Assembly: GCF_009914755.1 (NCBI RefSeq)
Contig: NC_060933.1
From: the human T2T-CHM13v2.0 reference genome, Homo sapiens
Length of the DNA: 64,000 nt
Direction: 5' to 3' (one strand)
Shown in pieces: positions 1-17,564 of this stretch. The notes under the pieces were generated by a model. That model ran no database searches, was not told the origin of the DNA, and saw only the letters and a list, made by a program, of their open reading frames with translations. A program made the position numbers and the translations under genes. Within the stretch, counting starts at the first letter, position 1. Each line of letters begins with the position of its first letter.

Positions 1-102
1 GATGGGGTTTCACCGTGTTAGCCAGGATGGTCTTCATCTCCTGACCTCGTGATCTGCCTGCCAAAGTGCTGGGGTTACAGGCGTGAGCCACCATGCCCGG
101 CC
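1..102 (-). mobile_element. AluY-type left monomer, cut by the window edge
   Basis: Antisense Alu sequence CACCGTGTTAGCCAGGATGGTC...GCCCGGCC, with a small internal deletion near 60. Confidence 0.9.
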
Positions 103-494
103 ACTAAGGGGTATGTTTAAGGCCATAAAACAGTTCAAAGCTTAATGCTTGTAGCTCCACAACTCCCAGCTGCCTCTGAGTCTCACTGGCACTGACTTTC
201 ACCTTTCCCTAACAGATGAGACCTAGGAAGAGGGTGATAGAAAACAGATTTCATAGTATCAACTTGAGTGTTCTATTTGGCACCCAGACCCTCCCAGTGG
301 TTTGGCCCAGCTCTAGGGCTGGAAAGACACAGGATCAGCCCCTTCTGTGAGTAAGAACCATTTGGCTTATTATTCCTATTACCTTACTTATTCCCATCAC
401 CCTTACACAGACTTTAGGGCAACACCATGATAGAATTATTACATTAGGACTAGAAGAGGCTTAGAGATTACCAAATAAAACATCTTATTTTGGC

Positions 495-652
495 GGGGAT
501 TTTGAATGTTCACAACACAAAGAAGTGATAAATATTCAAGGTGCTAGATATGCTAATTGCCCTGATTTGATCATTACACATTGTATACATGTGTAATATC
601 ACTCTACATCCCATAAATATGTACAATTATTACTTCTTAACTAAAAATAAAA
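495..652 (+). mobile_element. L1MA-type LINE-1 3' end fragment
   Basis: CCTGATTTGATCATTACACATTGTATACATG...CCCATAAATATGTACAATTAT followed by an A-rich tail. Confidence 0.75.
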
Positions 653-782
653 CAAGTCGTGGAATATTCATGTGTATATGAGTTGAATGAACTTGCCTTG
701 GTAAGATGAAAATATATGCACATCAGTATGAATGATATATATACATTATATATGTATATATGAAATGTGTATATGTGTATAA

Positions 783-1098
<316 letters not shown>

Positions 1099-1300
1099 GA
1101 AAGTTAATGTTTCTATTCCAAGTTTGTTAATGATGATTATCTCAAAGGTATGGGCAAATAGGAGAATTTTAATATTTTCTTTGTAAAAAAGTGTATTGCT
1201 TTGTCTTTTGTTACGCATATATTGCTTTTGTGATTGGAAAAACAATAAAGAGAAAGAGAGAAAAAAGTCCATAGATTTGACCCTAGAAAGAAATAAATGA

Positions 1301-1526
<226 letters not shown>

Positions 1527-2199
1527 CTACCACATTAGGCTGTGAACATATAAGTTAATGAAGGATTTTTAGAGAGATGATAGTGTACAATTTTCAGTTA
1601 TATTTCATATCCCTGAAAGCATGTAAGAAAAAATAGGGGCAAATGAAATATTCCCAGGTGAGTGGACCCCATCAACCCAAGGACTGGCAGGACGTCAGTG
1701 ATGCTGGGGTAAGGGAGGTTGTCAGGGTTGGATAAATGCGTGGTTCCTGGGGCCATGAAGCCACTAGAAGGCAGCGTTGGTCTGCTACATTCTGGGGCAC
1801 AAATAACCTGGTGTTTGTAGAGGCGGAGGACTAGTCCACCAAATGAAGTAATAGCTTATTCAAATGGACTCAGCAGCTTGTGGGAGGAAGATCAAGCTGA
1901 GCAAGCCCATTCAGCGACCCTGCCAAAGGTTGTCCCAACTTCAGCCCGCTGCTGTTATCGCCCCCAGCTTCCAAGCTAGGTAAGAGCTGTGTGCTTGTTG
2001 TGAAAATGCGTTTTAAATGCAAATCCCAACCATTCCTTTCTAACTACAGCTGCTGCTAGTCAATTCTGACACAGACATAGTGAAGCCGCCTGTCCATGGG
2101 ACAGGTGGCCAGCTACCAGAGTCTGAGGAGACTCTGTGCAAAAGAGTAACAAGACCGCTCAAGGAGACACAGCTGCAGAAAACATCTGGCATTTACAAA

Positions 2200-3300
<1,101 letters not shown>

Positions 3301-3349
3301 GAGGGAGAGATGCTGAAGAAAAAAAAGAAGGCGGATGAAGTATTTATGA

Positions 3350-3440
3350 TTTCATTTTTATTAAACAAACGTTTTCTCTGTAGACCTGCATTGTGCTGGG
3401 CACTGTGCTGGGTTCTGAGGATGCAGGATCTGTCCCCAAC
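3350..3440 (-). mobile_element. L2 3' fragment
   Basis: TTCATT...AAACAAACGTT...GTGCTGGGCACTGTGCTGGGTTCTGAGGATGCAG. Confidence 0.55.
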
Positions 3441-3485
3441 ATTAACATGGGGAGTTATAAAATTGTGTTCTTTAGTTAAAATTTA

Positions 3486-4434
<949 letters not shown>

Positions 4435-4439
4435 TGAAA

Positions 4440-5325
4440 CTGTGTTCTTGTTTGTTTAGTAACTAGCTTGGGCTAATCTGTGGAGTCTTTCTTTCTTATG
4501 GTGTGTGACTGCTAATGCCTAGGCTCAGTTTTTAATTTTCATTCTTGCTTTTATTTTTAAGCCTGGCTTTACAGGGGTTGCCCTTCTGTCTGCTCAGCTT
4601 CGTGGGCAACCAATGATAGGTCATGGTTTGTGCTCAAACATCTTGAGCCAGTAAGTCTTCCACTGTTTGTTGATGGCTCTGTGTGTGGTTGAAGAAGGCA
4701 TTCAAAATTCAAGCAGTCCACAAATGTTCTCCAGCTTTTGATTTTTGCCACATTTCTCATGTCTCTTTTGGGTATCCACGTGGCCTCAGCGTGAGCCATG
4801 GATAAGTGGACAGCTAGTATTCTTTCTGGTTTCCTGCTCAGGGACCCAGCTATGTGCATGCCTCCAGACCATCAGGGACTGTCTGAGCTCACCAAAGTCC
4901 CCTGTGGCTGGCCCATTCCTGGATCTCACTGTTAATTTCTTCTTAGTTTGCCATTCTTTTGTTTGCCCCTCCCACAGCTGCAATCTCAGTCTAGTTGTAC
5001 TGTTGGTCTTCCCTGCTAATTTGAAACCAAGATTGCTTCTGTTTTGAATTTTCTGAGCTCCACTTGAAATCAAGGCAGTGCCCTCTGGCAGCAAAGTTGC
5101 TGGTTTCCACCAAACGCTCTGCGTGGGTAGAGCTGCGGAAGATCACAGATTCCCACTGTCCGTTCCTTAAATTTAGTAGTTTTTCTTGAATAAATGCTTC
5201 TCAATTTGATCGATGTTGGCTGATTTTCAGGCTCCTCAAATGATACTTTTTTGACAATTTTGTCAAGTTTCATTATTGTTTTTTGGGGAGAGGATTTGAT
5301 GAGCTCCTGACTCCACTGTTTGGGC
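4440..5325 (-). mobile_element. Old L1M 5'-region remnant
   Basis: Antisense match to recalled old L1M 5' motif (TTTTCTTGAATAAATGCTTCTCA...TTTTGACAATTTTGTCAAGTTTCATTATTGTT); left boundary uncertain. Confidence 0.5.
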
Positions 5326-5614
5326 AGTCCCCACTTTATTATTATTTTTTTAAAGACACTCAAGGTGATTCCAGTGTGTAGCCTTGACAGAAAACAACCA
5401 TATTTTAAAGAGAGAGCAACTGCAATCACTTGGCCATCCACAGTGGGCAGCTCTGAGAAAGAACAGTTCACATTCAGGAACCGTCTGCCCCTGGGAAGGT
5501 CAAACAACCTTACCTTAAGTTAGTCCTGATAATATTTCTATGAATAGAAATATCCTTATTAAACTTATCCCTAAAGAAATGACTCATGTTCCTAAGTAGA
5601 AATTGTAATTATTT

Positions 5615-5765
5615 GTCAAGCCTTTACTGAACACTTCCTATAAGATGGGCACTGAGCTCAGCAATGCACAGGCATTATTTAATGTCACTCTCACAATGAC
5701 CCTAGGATCTGGATGCCACCATTTCCATTTCTTTCCCCTTCATAGTTGAGAAAATTGATGCTTGC
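5615..5765 (-). mobile_element. MIR fragment
   Basis: TTTACTGAACACTT...GGGCACTG...CTCACAATGACCCTAGG...GAGAAAATTGA. Confidence 0.5.
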
Positions 5766-5849
5766 CTCACAGAGCTTCATTCCTTGGATCTGACCCCAAT
5801 GCCCTTAACACAGCTGCTTGACTGTAGATGAAACAAGGACTCAGTCCTG

Positions 5850-6010
5850 GCTACACAGACTACTTGGGCAGCTTTTAAAATTCACATTCCTGGGTCCCAT
5901 CCCCAGACAAATTGAATGATCATCTCTAGGAGAATGGGTTCCAGGAAAAGAAATATTTTAAAAGCTTCCCTGGTGATTCTAAAGGGCATCCCCTGATGAG
6001 ACCCACTGCC
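5850..6010. mobile_element. MER5 (hAT-Charlie) relic
   Basis: ATTCCTGGGTCCCATCCCCAGA...AAGCTTCCCTGGTGATTCTAA...TGAGACCCACTG. Confidence 0.7.
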
Positions 6011-6263
6011 CAGGAACACTTAATTTAGGCTAAACTAAGCAATGCAAAAAGCCATAATTTCAATTAAATAAAGCTTTACATACAAGGTCCTGAGTGAGAA
6101 GCAAGCTAGTGGCTGGGTGTATGTAAGTCATGACTCATGGTAAGAACCGGGGAAGGATGGTCACTGCACACTCAGCAGCACACTCCACCATCCTCACCAT
6201 CCCTCCAGTGGGGTCACTGGGCTGAGGGGCACAGAAGCAAGATAGCCCTTTAAAAAAAATATT

Positions 6264-6617
6264 ATGGAATACTATGCAGCCATAAAAAAGGATGAGTTCA
6301 TGTCCTTTGCAGGAGCATAGATGAAGCTGGAAACCATCATTCTCAGCAAACTGACACAAGAACAGAAAACCAAACACCTCATGTTCTCATTCATAAGTGG
6401 GAGTTGAACAATGAGAACACATGGACACAGGGAGGGGAATATCACACACTAGGGCTTGTCAGGAGGTGGGAGCTAGGGGAGGGATAGCACTAGGAGAAAA
6501 ACCTAATGTAGATGATGGGTTGATGTGTGCAGCAAACGACCATGGCATGTGTATACCTATGTGACAAACTTGCAAATTCTGCACATGTATCCCAGAATTT
6601 AAAGTATAAAAAAAAAT
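6264..6617 (+). mobile_element. 5'-truncated L1PA (PA7/PA8-like) 3' end
   Basis: ATGGAATACTATGCAGCCATAAAAAAGGATGAG through the 3'UTR to a poly(A). Confidence 0.92.
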
Positions 6618-6631
6618 GTTTAAAAAATTTT

Positions 6632-7202
<571 letters not shown>

Positions 7203-9212
7203 GGGCCTTTGAGAAGCGCGATAGTGCTTGATATGCACTTGAAACTGCTTGTGAAAGATTGTGCTGATTTATACCCTCTGCACCCAGCCAGCGGAGCAGA
7301 GGCAGATTGCTTAGAGAGTGGTCCCGGCCGCCCTGGGGTCTGGAGCAGCTGTTAGCAGGGTTGCTGATTTCAGGTCTTTTGGGGCCCATCAATCCCAGTC
7401 CTGGATCTTGCTGAGGGCTGGAAGCCTTGGGGTTTGTTCACACATTTCTTAGTGCAAAAGCGCGATCTCTCCTATGCCTGAACTCGGGCTGCTGCTTGCT
7501 GTGGGGGAATAACGGGCTACAGAGAATGCCTTCTCCGCTGTGCGGAGCTTTGTTGTGCTCCGACTTTGCTGTATTTGAGGGCAGTACAGCCTCAGGAGCT
7601 AGTGAATCACAGGTTCAGCAGGCTGCAACCCCATGGACCACCCCAGTAGGAGAAGCTTTGGGTAATGTCTATAGGAGCAGGGGACGGAGTATTTTGCAAC
7701 ATGCTCTATTTAAAGGTCCCGCCTTCTCTCCCAAGGGCCAGCACTGCTGGTCCTACCCAAGATGAAAGGGCGGTGGGCAGGAGTGGTCCTGCTGACCAGC
7801 CGCCTGGCAGAAAGGCCTCATCTCAGCCAGGGGGGGCCACCTGTTGGTTCTCAGCTCTTACCAAAGCCGGAATAGGGAAGTCCCAACCTTGCTTCTGATG
7901 CTGTGAATCTGTACTCCTCTCTGGCTGGCTTACTCAGCACTGTGAGGGGTCTGCCTTCTCCAGGGCTGCCTCACAAAGGGGAGGAATTAATGAACTTCTA
8001 TCACGGGTGTATTGGCCAAGGCTGATCCTCGTGTTTTGAATCCTCATGAATTCTACGCTGGCTCTTCACATTTGGGGTTTGTGCCTGAAGTGTGACACAT
8101 TTCCCCTAGCTTCACGGAAGACAGTACCAAATGATCCTCTGCGGTCATCCTGCCCTGGAGTACGCTGGACCACAGAAGCTGGATGTGTAGCCCGAGCTTC
8201 TCTCTCACTACAGCCCTGTCGGAAAACTCTACCCCCCAAACCAGAGGGAAACTTGTGCGCCTCCCTGACCAGCACCTTCTCTCTGGTTTACAGACGGGAA
8301 ACGGGAAGTAACGTGGGTATGGAGGCAACAGCCGCTGTCTGTGGAGGCTTGGCCCTGCTTAGGAGGGGTGCGTGAGCTCCTGGTCCTCTGACTTCACAGT
8401 GAGTGACACACAAGCGCCTCACTCAGGTGTAGAATTTACACCAGCATCCTCAGGTTAGGGAGTGTCAGTAATAATCATGATGGTAATGACTTCAAAAATA
8501 AAATGAATGCATTCACTAGTGAAGGCTCCACATGGGTAAGGACTTTGTTTTATTGACTACTTAGCAGGTGCTCTGTATATGTTGGTTGAATGGGCAAATA
8601 ATAAAATAATGGCCATGGCATGAGTTTGTCAGATAATGATAGACAATCCCAGGGAGTTCCTTGGAGCACAGGTGCTATGCAGCCAGCCTGGAAATGGTGC
8701 AGGGAACTACACACACCTCTAGAGTCACCATCCCTGTGGCTTCAGCCTCCATGCACACAGACCCCACAGCTCCTGAGGACACAGACATTAGTTCTGGGAC
8801 CAACACATCTCTGTGTCCTACTCCAGAAAGGCTCACGACCTCCCTCTCTCATCTCCCGGACATACGTTGCTCATGGTCCTGGCTGGTGATGTGGGCTGGG
8901 CAGACTAGAAACTGCCCAAGGACACAGGGCCCGCTCCTGCTGGCATCTTCGAGGACCCAGTCAGTGATGCTGTGACCAAGAATAGCCGTGCCCAGCTCCT
9001 GGCTGCCTCCTGGCCATCATCTCTAAATTGCCACGAGATCTTAGAGGCTACAATCTTATGGTCTTGGAGCCTGATAGTGTTAATAGTGATGCTCAGTTAA
9101 ATCTCATTTGTTTATTTAGAGCTTAAAAGATAAACTACCAGGGAAACTGGCTGGTCACAATGTAAGCCTTAATAAACCCTGTAGGAAGAATTTTAAAGCT
9201 TATAGTCAGAGA

Positions 9213-9377
9213 CCTCCCTTCCTCCCTCCCTTCCTCCCTCCCTCCCTCCCTCCCTTCCTTCCTTCTCCTCCCTCCCTCCCTCCCTCCCTCCCTTCCTCCC
9301 TCCCTCCCTCCCTCCCTTCCTTCCTTCCTTCCTTCCTTCCTTCCTTCCTCTCCCTCCCTTCCTTCTTTTCTTCCTTC
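9213..9377. repeat. (CCCT)n/(CCTT)n compound microsatellite, pure polypyrimidine tract
   Basis: About 165 bp of only C/T on the + strand. Confidence 0.97.
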
Positions 9378-9429
9378 TGTGTGATTTCAACTCCAAAAAT
9401 CATGGTTTAACAAAATGTTTAATGCAAGT

Positions 9430-9730
9430 GTTTTTTTGTTTTATTTTTTTGAGACAGAGTCTCGCTCTGTCAGGCTGTAGTGCAGTGGCGCGATCTCGGC
9501 TCACTGCAGCCTCTGCCTCCTCCCGGGTTCCAGCGATTCTCCTGCCTCAGCCTCCCAAGTAGCTGGGCCTACAGGCACCCACCACCACGCCCAGCTAATT
9601 TTTTATATTTTTAGTAGAGAGGGGGTTTCACCATGTTGGCCAAGATGGTCTCAATCTTTTGATATTGTGATCTGCCCTCCTCAGCCTCCCAAAGTGCTGG
9701 GATTACAGGCGTGAGCAACCGTGCCCAGCC
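9430..9730 (-). mobile_element. AluS (Sc-like)
   Basis: Antisense dimer; TSD-like TAATGCAA(G/A)TGTTTT on both sides. Confidence 0.92.
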
Positions 9731-9747
9731 TAATGCAAATGTTTTAA

Positions 9748-10185
<438 letters not shown>

Positions 10186-12112
10186 GTTTTGCCTGTTTTT
10201 TAAGAAAATTACAATTTAATCACAATATTAGCCTGGCCCACAGGAAAAAAAACCCATTTGGGAACAAATGTTTCTCCCATGAAATAAAAACTCCTCTTTT
10301 TCCCCTAAATGCCTCTAGGCAATATTCTCTTCTTTATAGTTTATATCCGTTTGAAAATAATGACATAATATTGTCTGTTCAGTTTCTCATTTTTATTTTT
10401 AAACCCATAAACCTTTCAGATCCTGAGCTTGGATGAGACTGACTGTCTTTCATGGAACAGCTTCCCCAGGCTGCACTGGGACCCTTCCTATACGAGGGAC
10501 AGTGTCCAGCCCCCAGGCCTTGGAAGGGGGTGACTTTCCAGCCCCAGCTCCCATCCATATCAATGACCATATCTGAGGCCCAGATGGGGGATTTCTGCTG
10601 GAGCTTTTGGGCCATAGTATTGCTGATTTTTCCTTCAGCATCTTTGCATTTCTTTTCTTGCTGGCTTTAAAAAAATTATTGAGCCTGAAAATGACTGAGG
10701 ACCAAAATATTTTAAGAATATGTAATACCTCCACAAAAATCTAAATAAAATATCTCTTACAGTTTCCCAGTGGGTCTTCTATAAATGACAAATTCATCAT
10801 AAACAGAAGCCTGGAAAATAACAATTTTTATTATTTTTTTACGACTGAAGTTCACAACCTAAAATAAATATATTAGCAGCAATTCACATAGGCATAAAAC
10901 TTACCTTCAAAAAAATATTAAAACTAATGGAAGCGCATACTCCACTCATCACTTGTCAATTCTATTTAACGTTGAAAGTGTTAGAAATATTTATCAATGA
11001 GATAGAAAAAAATTACACATTTTCTTCAGTTCAGAGGAACACTGATGAGCATGCTGCAATCCAGTTTTACAATTGCACATGGCCCCCACTAGCTCCATGA
11101 TCTCTGTTCTTCAGCTGACATGGCGGCTCCAGGACATGTTCCCACAGCCATTGCAGTATGAGATATATTTTTTTCCTTTCATCAGCGCATTTGAGGAAAG
11201 ATTTCCAAGACAGTTGCATCCAAACATTTCTTGTATCTGAAGGTCTCTTTGCCCTACACTCTGGAGTCAAGGCATCAAGAAACAAGAGGGAAAAGGCCAG
11301 AAGCCTGGACACAAGCTGCTCTCTGCCTGTACCACGGGATGCAGCTGAGCACTGCCATCCACAGATCTGGGCCCAGGCCTGCTCTGCACCCAAACACCTC
11401 GTTTGTAATTTGTAATAGGATTATAGGATGTCAACATAATAAGGAAGGATTTTGTGAAGGTCATGATTTATTTCCTTTAATCTTTCTATTCCTAAAATAG
11501 GAGAAATTTAATAAAAGCCACCCAATAGCTTTTCCTCTCCAGGCAACCACTTTCTCCCCACACAAACACAGCCTTTGCTTGGCTTCCAATCCATAGCTCA
11601 GGTTATTCCTAGTCACTGGATACTGGATGTCATCAGTTAGTTGGAGTTAACTGGAAGTAAGTGTCAGGAGAGAGGCAGGGACAGATGACACAGGAGCCTT
11701 GGGCTGTGTCAGCAGTCACAGGAGCTGTGGCTGCTCAGCTGTGTCTGAAAGCTTCTGGGCACTGCCGTCCCCACTGCTTACATCACCTCAGGCCCCTCTG
11801 GAGCTGAGGCCGTCTAGGTTTCAGAAATACAGATTCCTGAATGAACAGTTCTGATAGAAGGTGTGAGGGAGCCAGAGGAAAAGGTGGAACCCACAGTTAT
11901 TGGGGTGTATGCAGGAGGCTGGAATGTGAGGAAGGGTGGAGCCATCTAAAGGGAGTCATGGGAAGAGAGAAACCTTTTGAAGTCTTTTCCATCTAAAATG
12001 CAGTCTTTGGCAATCAGGTGTTTCTCTTGTCTTGAAATCTCCAGCTGAAATGGATGCGCATTGATTCTTACCTGCCTTGGTGGAAATTAGCAGTTTAAAA
12101 ATAATACTTTGA

Positions 12113-12221
12113 CCCACGTTCATAGCAGCACTATTCACAATAGCCAAAAGGTGGAAGCCAATCAAGTCTCCAACTCTATATGGGTGAATGGATAAACAAA
12201 ATGTGGTGCTTACATACAGTG
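12113..12221 (+). mobile_element. L1M (MB-like) 3' fragment
   Basis: GTTCATAGCAGCACTATTCACAATAGCCAAAAGGTGGAAGC...GAATGGATAAACAAAATGTGG. Confidence 0.8.
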
Positions 12222-12947
12222 TAGCCCTCCAGAGCTCACAGCTGTTAATCATTTAGTGGGGAAAAAACCCATTAGAATGAATTTATAAGAATTAAACATT
12301 GGCATTAAAAACCAAAGGAAAGTAAATTGCATTGTGTGAAAGGAAAATGGAAATGTAATACAGAACGTATCAAATTAGATATCTTCTTTTTTCAGAAACG
12401 TTCACCGGAAGGTAGGAGACAGGGAACACGTTGCAGAGAACCTGCCGTTCAGATGACTACGGCTGCAGTTGATCTGCTCTGTTCCTCCTTCGTGGTATGA
12501 CCTTGTAAATTGCTGCAGTGTTTTAGGGGATTCTAGTTCCTCTGATCTAAAACCAGAGGTTTGAAGAGGAAGGAATCCAAGGGGCACAGACTGCAGGAGC
12601 TTGGTGGCTCCATGTGATGCTCAAGCACTAAAGAGACGGGAGTGAAGGCAAAGGCGTGGAAATTCCAGATTGAATCTCCTCAGTCCTACTGTCCAGGGGT
12701 CTGAAATACATTGTGGGATAATGAAAAAGACTGAGACTTTATTGTGATGCCTGTTAAAGCCTGCAACACTGACCAGCCAAAGCCTCTTTAACGTTAATCA
12801 ATAATCAAAAGACCGGAACTTTTGGTCTGTAAAAATACTCTATCAAATTTGTGAATCAAGATTACAGGAGAGGTAGAAAGTAGGCTCTTAATCAGGAATC
12901 CTTAGGCATGATTTGAAGATTTTAATGTGTTTTTTATTTCATTGCTA

Positions 12948-13288
<341 letters not shown>

Positions 13289-13293
13289 GGAAG

Positions 13294-13700
13294 CATTTAT
13301 TTTATCTTATTTTTTAAAAGGGCTGTGGAACATCAGTACTGAGCTCTTGGGATACTATGGTGAGCTAAAAGATGGGATCTTTGCCCTCATGGAGTTTATG
13401 TTTTACTGGGAAAGACAGACAGACAGACACACAAATTGAAGTAACATTTAGTGTGTCAAGTGATACGATGAGACCTTTTTGCAAGAGGGGGACTAGCATG
13501 TGCGTATGTGGGACAGTGAGGCTCAATCATGGGAGGCCTCCTGGAGGAGTTGAAGTCTAAAGCTAAGACATGAAAGTAAAGGACTAGGGCAGGAAGGAGG
13601 GTCCCTGCCTGGCAGTTATTACTGTCCAAGGGGAGATGAGAACGTGCAGCCCTGGAAGCTCTGAGAGGAGATGGGTGTGGTGAACAGCTCAAATTGAGTC
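13294..13700 (-). mobile_element. L2 fragment
   Basis: TGCCCTCATGGAGTTTATGTTTTACTGGGAAAGACAGAC...GGGAGGCCTCCTGGAGGAG. Confidence 0.65.
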
Positions 13701-14074
13701 CAGTGGAGAAGCTGTTAAGGGGGCTGCCCCTCCCTGAAGGGTCCTGTTGGTCAGGTTAGAGCTGTGGGTCTTGCATCCTAGGCACAGGAAGGAGTGACTG
13801 ACAGGTTGTCAGGCAACTGGCTGGGGCGCAGGTCTCCTAGAAAGGGCAGTTGACTCTGTACTTGTCACAGGTCTATGGTTACAAAGAATAGATTCATACA
13901 CTCAAGATATTTACAATGCAAAAGGGAAGCTGTGCACAGACAGGTAATTTCAGAGCTTAGTTAGCAACAAAGTCATTTGGGATTGTGAAAGAGACAGATA
14001 AGGCTTCCCATTAGAGGAGTGTGTGCATGAGCCACAGCTAGTATGCACAAGACTTCTCCCTGCACCTGCTCTAT

Positions 14075-14162
14075 AGTGATGGTGGTGATGGCAGTGATGA
14101 TGTTGATGATGATGATGAATGGGATAATGAGGAGGAAGAAGAGGGAGTGAGAGAGGAGGAAG
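14075..14162. repeat. (GAT)n / GA-rich low-complexity repeat
   Basis: GTGATGGTGGTGATG...GATGATGATGATG...GAGGAGGAAGAAGAGG. Confidence 0.8.
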
Positions 14163-14213
14163 GCTTTATGAGCCTATTCTGGGGAAGTAACACCCAGTAG
14201 GAATTTCTCTAAC

Positions 14214-14403
14214 ACGGTGGTTCTCAAAATGTGCTCCCTGGACCCACAGCATCAGTATCACCTGGGTACTTATTGGAAATGCAAATTCCTGGGTCCCATC
14301 ATAAACGTACTGAGTGAGACATTCTAGGGATGGGGCCCAGCAATCCGTGTTTTTAACAAGCGCTCTGGGTGATTTGATGCATGCTACACTTGAGAGACAC
14401 TAC
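14214..14403. mobile_element. MER5A
   Basis: GTGGTTCTCAAAATGTGCTCCCTGGACC...CAGCATCAGTATCACCTGGG...GGGGCCCAGCAATCCGTGTTTTAACAAG. Confidence 0.88.
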
Positions 14404-14604
14404 TCTGCTTGATGTTTATGTGTACCCTCCTAGTTGCCATTCTTTTAACTGACTGCCTAATATTTCATTCAATAGATACGTCATGTTTATTCTACTAGGT
14501 CCATATTTGCCAACACCTGAGTTATCTGCACCTTTTGGCTATTACAAGTAATGTGGTAGTGAATGCCCAAGTACATTTAGCTTGGTGAATTCATTAATTT
14601 ATGA

Positions 14605-14925
<321 letters not shown>

Positions 14926-16859
14926 TGAAGTTTACTTTATAAGCAGTGAAATGCACACATCTTATGTATACAGTTTGATGAGTCTGACAAACACATATAC
15001 CCATGTAACCCACACTCTTGTTAATCCATTACCCCAGAAAGACAACAAATGCCAGAAACAGAAAATTACCATATGATTCTTGACAACAGTTTGCCTAATG
15101 TAAACCCTGACTGCCAATGTATAGGAGGGTTCATTTCTCATATCCACACAAACTCTGGTTATCACTAAAGAGCTTCATTTTTGTTAATATCATATTTGAA
15201 ATGAATAATATATTGTTGATACTTTGATTGACATTTGTCAGTGTAATTAGTTGTTTTCCCCATATGTTTATTCTCTCTTTGTATTTCTCTTTTAATGAGT
15301 TGGTCAGATGATCTAGTGAACTTGAATATAGAATTATCTTTCCCTCTGCCCGGGTAGCATTTCCTTGAGGAATCCCCTTCCTGACACTGCTTTCACTCTC
15401 CTCTCTCCCACTGGACTAAGAGAGCTTATCTGCACTTCTTTTTGGCCCTTTTCACTGTACTTTTCAACTAGATTTTAAAGCATTTCCTTGTGTTCATTGT
15501 TTTCCTCCTCCTCTGTCCCCTGGAAAACTCCAGACACTAGCCTTCCAACTCTTTCCCCGGAGCCCAGCACAGTTTCTGGCACTTATTGGCTTCCTTTTGC
15601 CTAAGTATAAATTCACCTGTAGTATTTGGGAGAAATTGAAAAAAAATTAGCTACATAGTCATTGAGAAGAGTATGGGATCTAAAAAAACCTCTGAGACCC
15701 AAATTAACCAACAAAATCCTTTTTCCCTTCCTCTCTGCTGAGCTCAAAGCTATCACTGAGGAAGTAAAGGCAAAGTCCCACCAAAATATTCAAAGCTACC
15801 ATTGATATTTTGGAATTTGATTGATTTTTTTAAGCAGCCATCATATACAAGCAATGTGCATTGATATATGTTCTGATAATCATTCCTGTTGCTGATCCTC
15901 GTCTCTGGCTGGGCTCTTTGGCCTGTTTGAAGAAACAGAGCCCTGTCAGTGTGGGGAAAGTCTGATTTTTGACTTACAGGCATGGTGACAATTTAGAACT
16001 TTTTCTCGTCTAGATACATTCTTTTCTTTTAAATTCAATAAGTATTCACTAATTAGTTACTAGATGCTAAACACAGAGGGGACCATAAAGATCTCTAAGG
16101 CTGTCCTGTCCTCTGTGATAGGTTAAAAACACAATAGCTCATGGTAAAGCGAGAAGGTAAAATTGGCTATAGTTGCTGAAATGCCAGGGAAGGAGGGGTC
16201 ACTTCCAGACAGCCAGCACTGATTTAGTCAAGGCCAAGGAACCTGGAGGGCACCAGGCAGACAAATACCCTGGAAGAAGTCCCTTGGAAAGCAGAGGCTG
16301 GGTTTCTTGAGAATGCAAATCATTGTAAATCGCTTCTTCAGTATATTTTGCATTTGGCGATATTTGAACCCCTTTCTCAGCTCTTAATGGCCTGAAATTG
16401 AGAAAATGCAAAGTGAAAGAAGGAAGCAGGGATTCAAGCCTTGGCTACACTCAGAAATGGCATGATCTCTAGAGAGAACACATTTTGCATTCATGGTGTG
16501 AAATGTGTCCAGCCCTGTGCTGGAACGGCTTTACAAACACTTGCCTTTCTCCTATTTTTTAATGGGTTCATTGTCCCCTTGGGCCAGTTTGTAGGTTCTA
16601 AAAGAGATGTGCCATAATCAATTCAGAGCTCTTACAAGAGTGAGAGGAAAAGTCTTGGTTATTGGATAATTTGCTTATATTCTTATCTTGTGTTTTGGCT
16701 GCTTTAGTAATTTTTGAGATTTGATTTCTGAAACAGTAAATAGCTCATACAACTCTCATTAAAGGCTACATTGAGCATTCCGCAGGCATTCCAACAGGAC
16801 AGTGTTTCAGGGACATAATCGTGCATTATACCTAGCAAATTTGGGTCCATAAAAGTTTA

Positions 16860-17460
16860 CCAAACACCTGTGCGAGGCACTGCTCCAGGTACCCAGGAAG
16901 CAGAGAGAAATATGATGCATCCTTGTCCCTAGAGAGCTCACATGTAACAACTGTTAGAATCCCAAGCCTGTCTGTGACAGGTGTGGTCATGAGGTCTCTA
17001 CAGGGTGCCTTGGAGGACAGGGGAGGAGAGAGTGATGCTGATGAGATACAGCGCTCTGTGTTTCATATGGTGGGGCATGTGTGAGTTGGGTCTTGCAAGA
17101 AGAGTGGGATTTTGACTAAAGAAGAGGAGAGGTCGTGGAGGAGCACTCTAGGATGGTGGTGGGCAGTGAGTGTGCATTTTGGCTGGAGCACGGAGTCTGC
17201 ATTTGGGAGTAGATGAAGGGAGGATAGTGGGGAAGAGTTGGGGAGGAGAGAAAGCATAAAAGAGGTCAGCCACATTGTGAAGACCTTGGATGTCGAGCTA
17301 TGGCATCACATATACTCTGCAGCCATGGGAACCCATAGGAGATTTGTAGAAGAAAGGTGACACCATCAGCCCTGAGAGAAGGGAGAATTGGAGGAGAGAA
17401 GGCTGGGCTTGGGATACCAATCAGAGCCTCTTCAAATAGCCCAGCATGTCAGTGATCAGA
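16860..17460 (-). mobile_element. L2 fragment(s)
   Basis: AGGCACTGCTCCAGG...CTTGTCCCTAGAGAGCTCACA...GCCATGGGAACCCATAGGAGATTT. Confidence 0.55.
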
Positions 17461-17564
17461 TGGGGGTTGTGGAACACTTGGGATATCTGCAGTACTTCTG
17501 CACTCTGCCTGATGCATGTGGAAAAAAAGAGGCTGATTCCGTTATTATGTCAGCCATATAACTG

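Noticed and set aside
1761-1774. CTCF-like motif CCACTAGAAGGCAG (also 5078-5091 and about 39086-39099 on the minus strand)
   Set aside because: Each has one or two mismatches to the core, which is expected by chance in 64 kb; unsupported without ChIP data
9193-9403. G/R/E/K-rich ORFs
   Set aside because: Translation of the (GGAA/GGGA)n microsatellite
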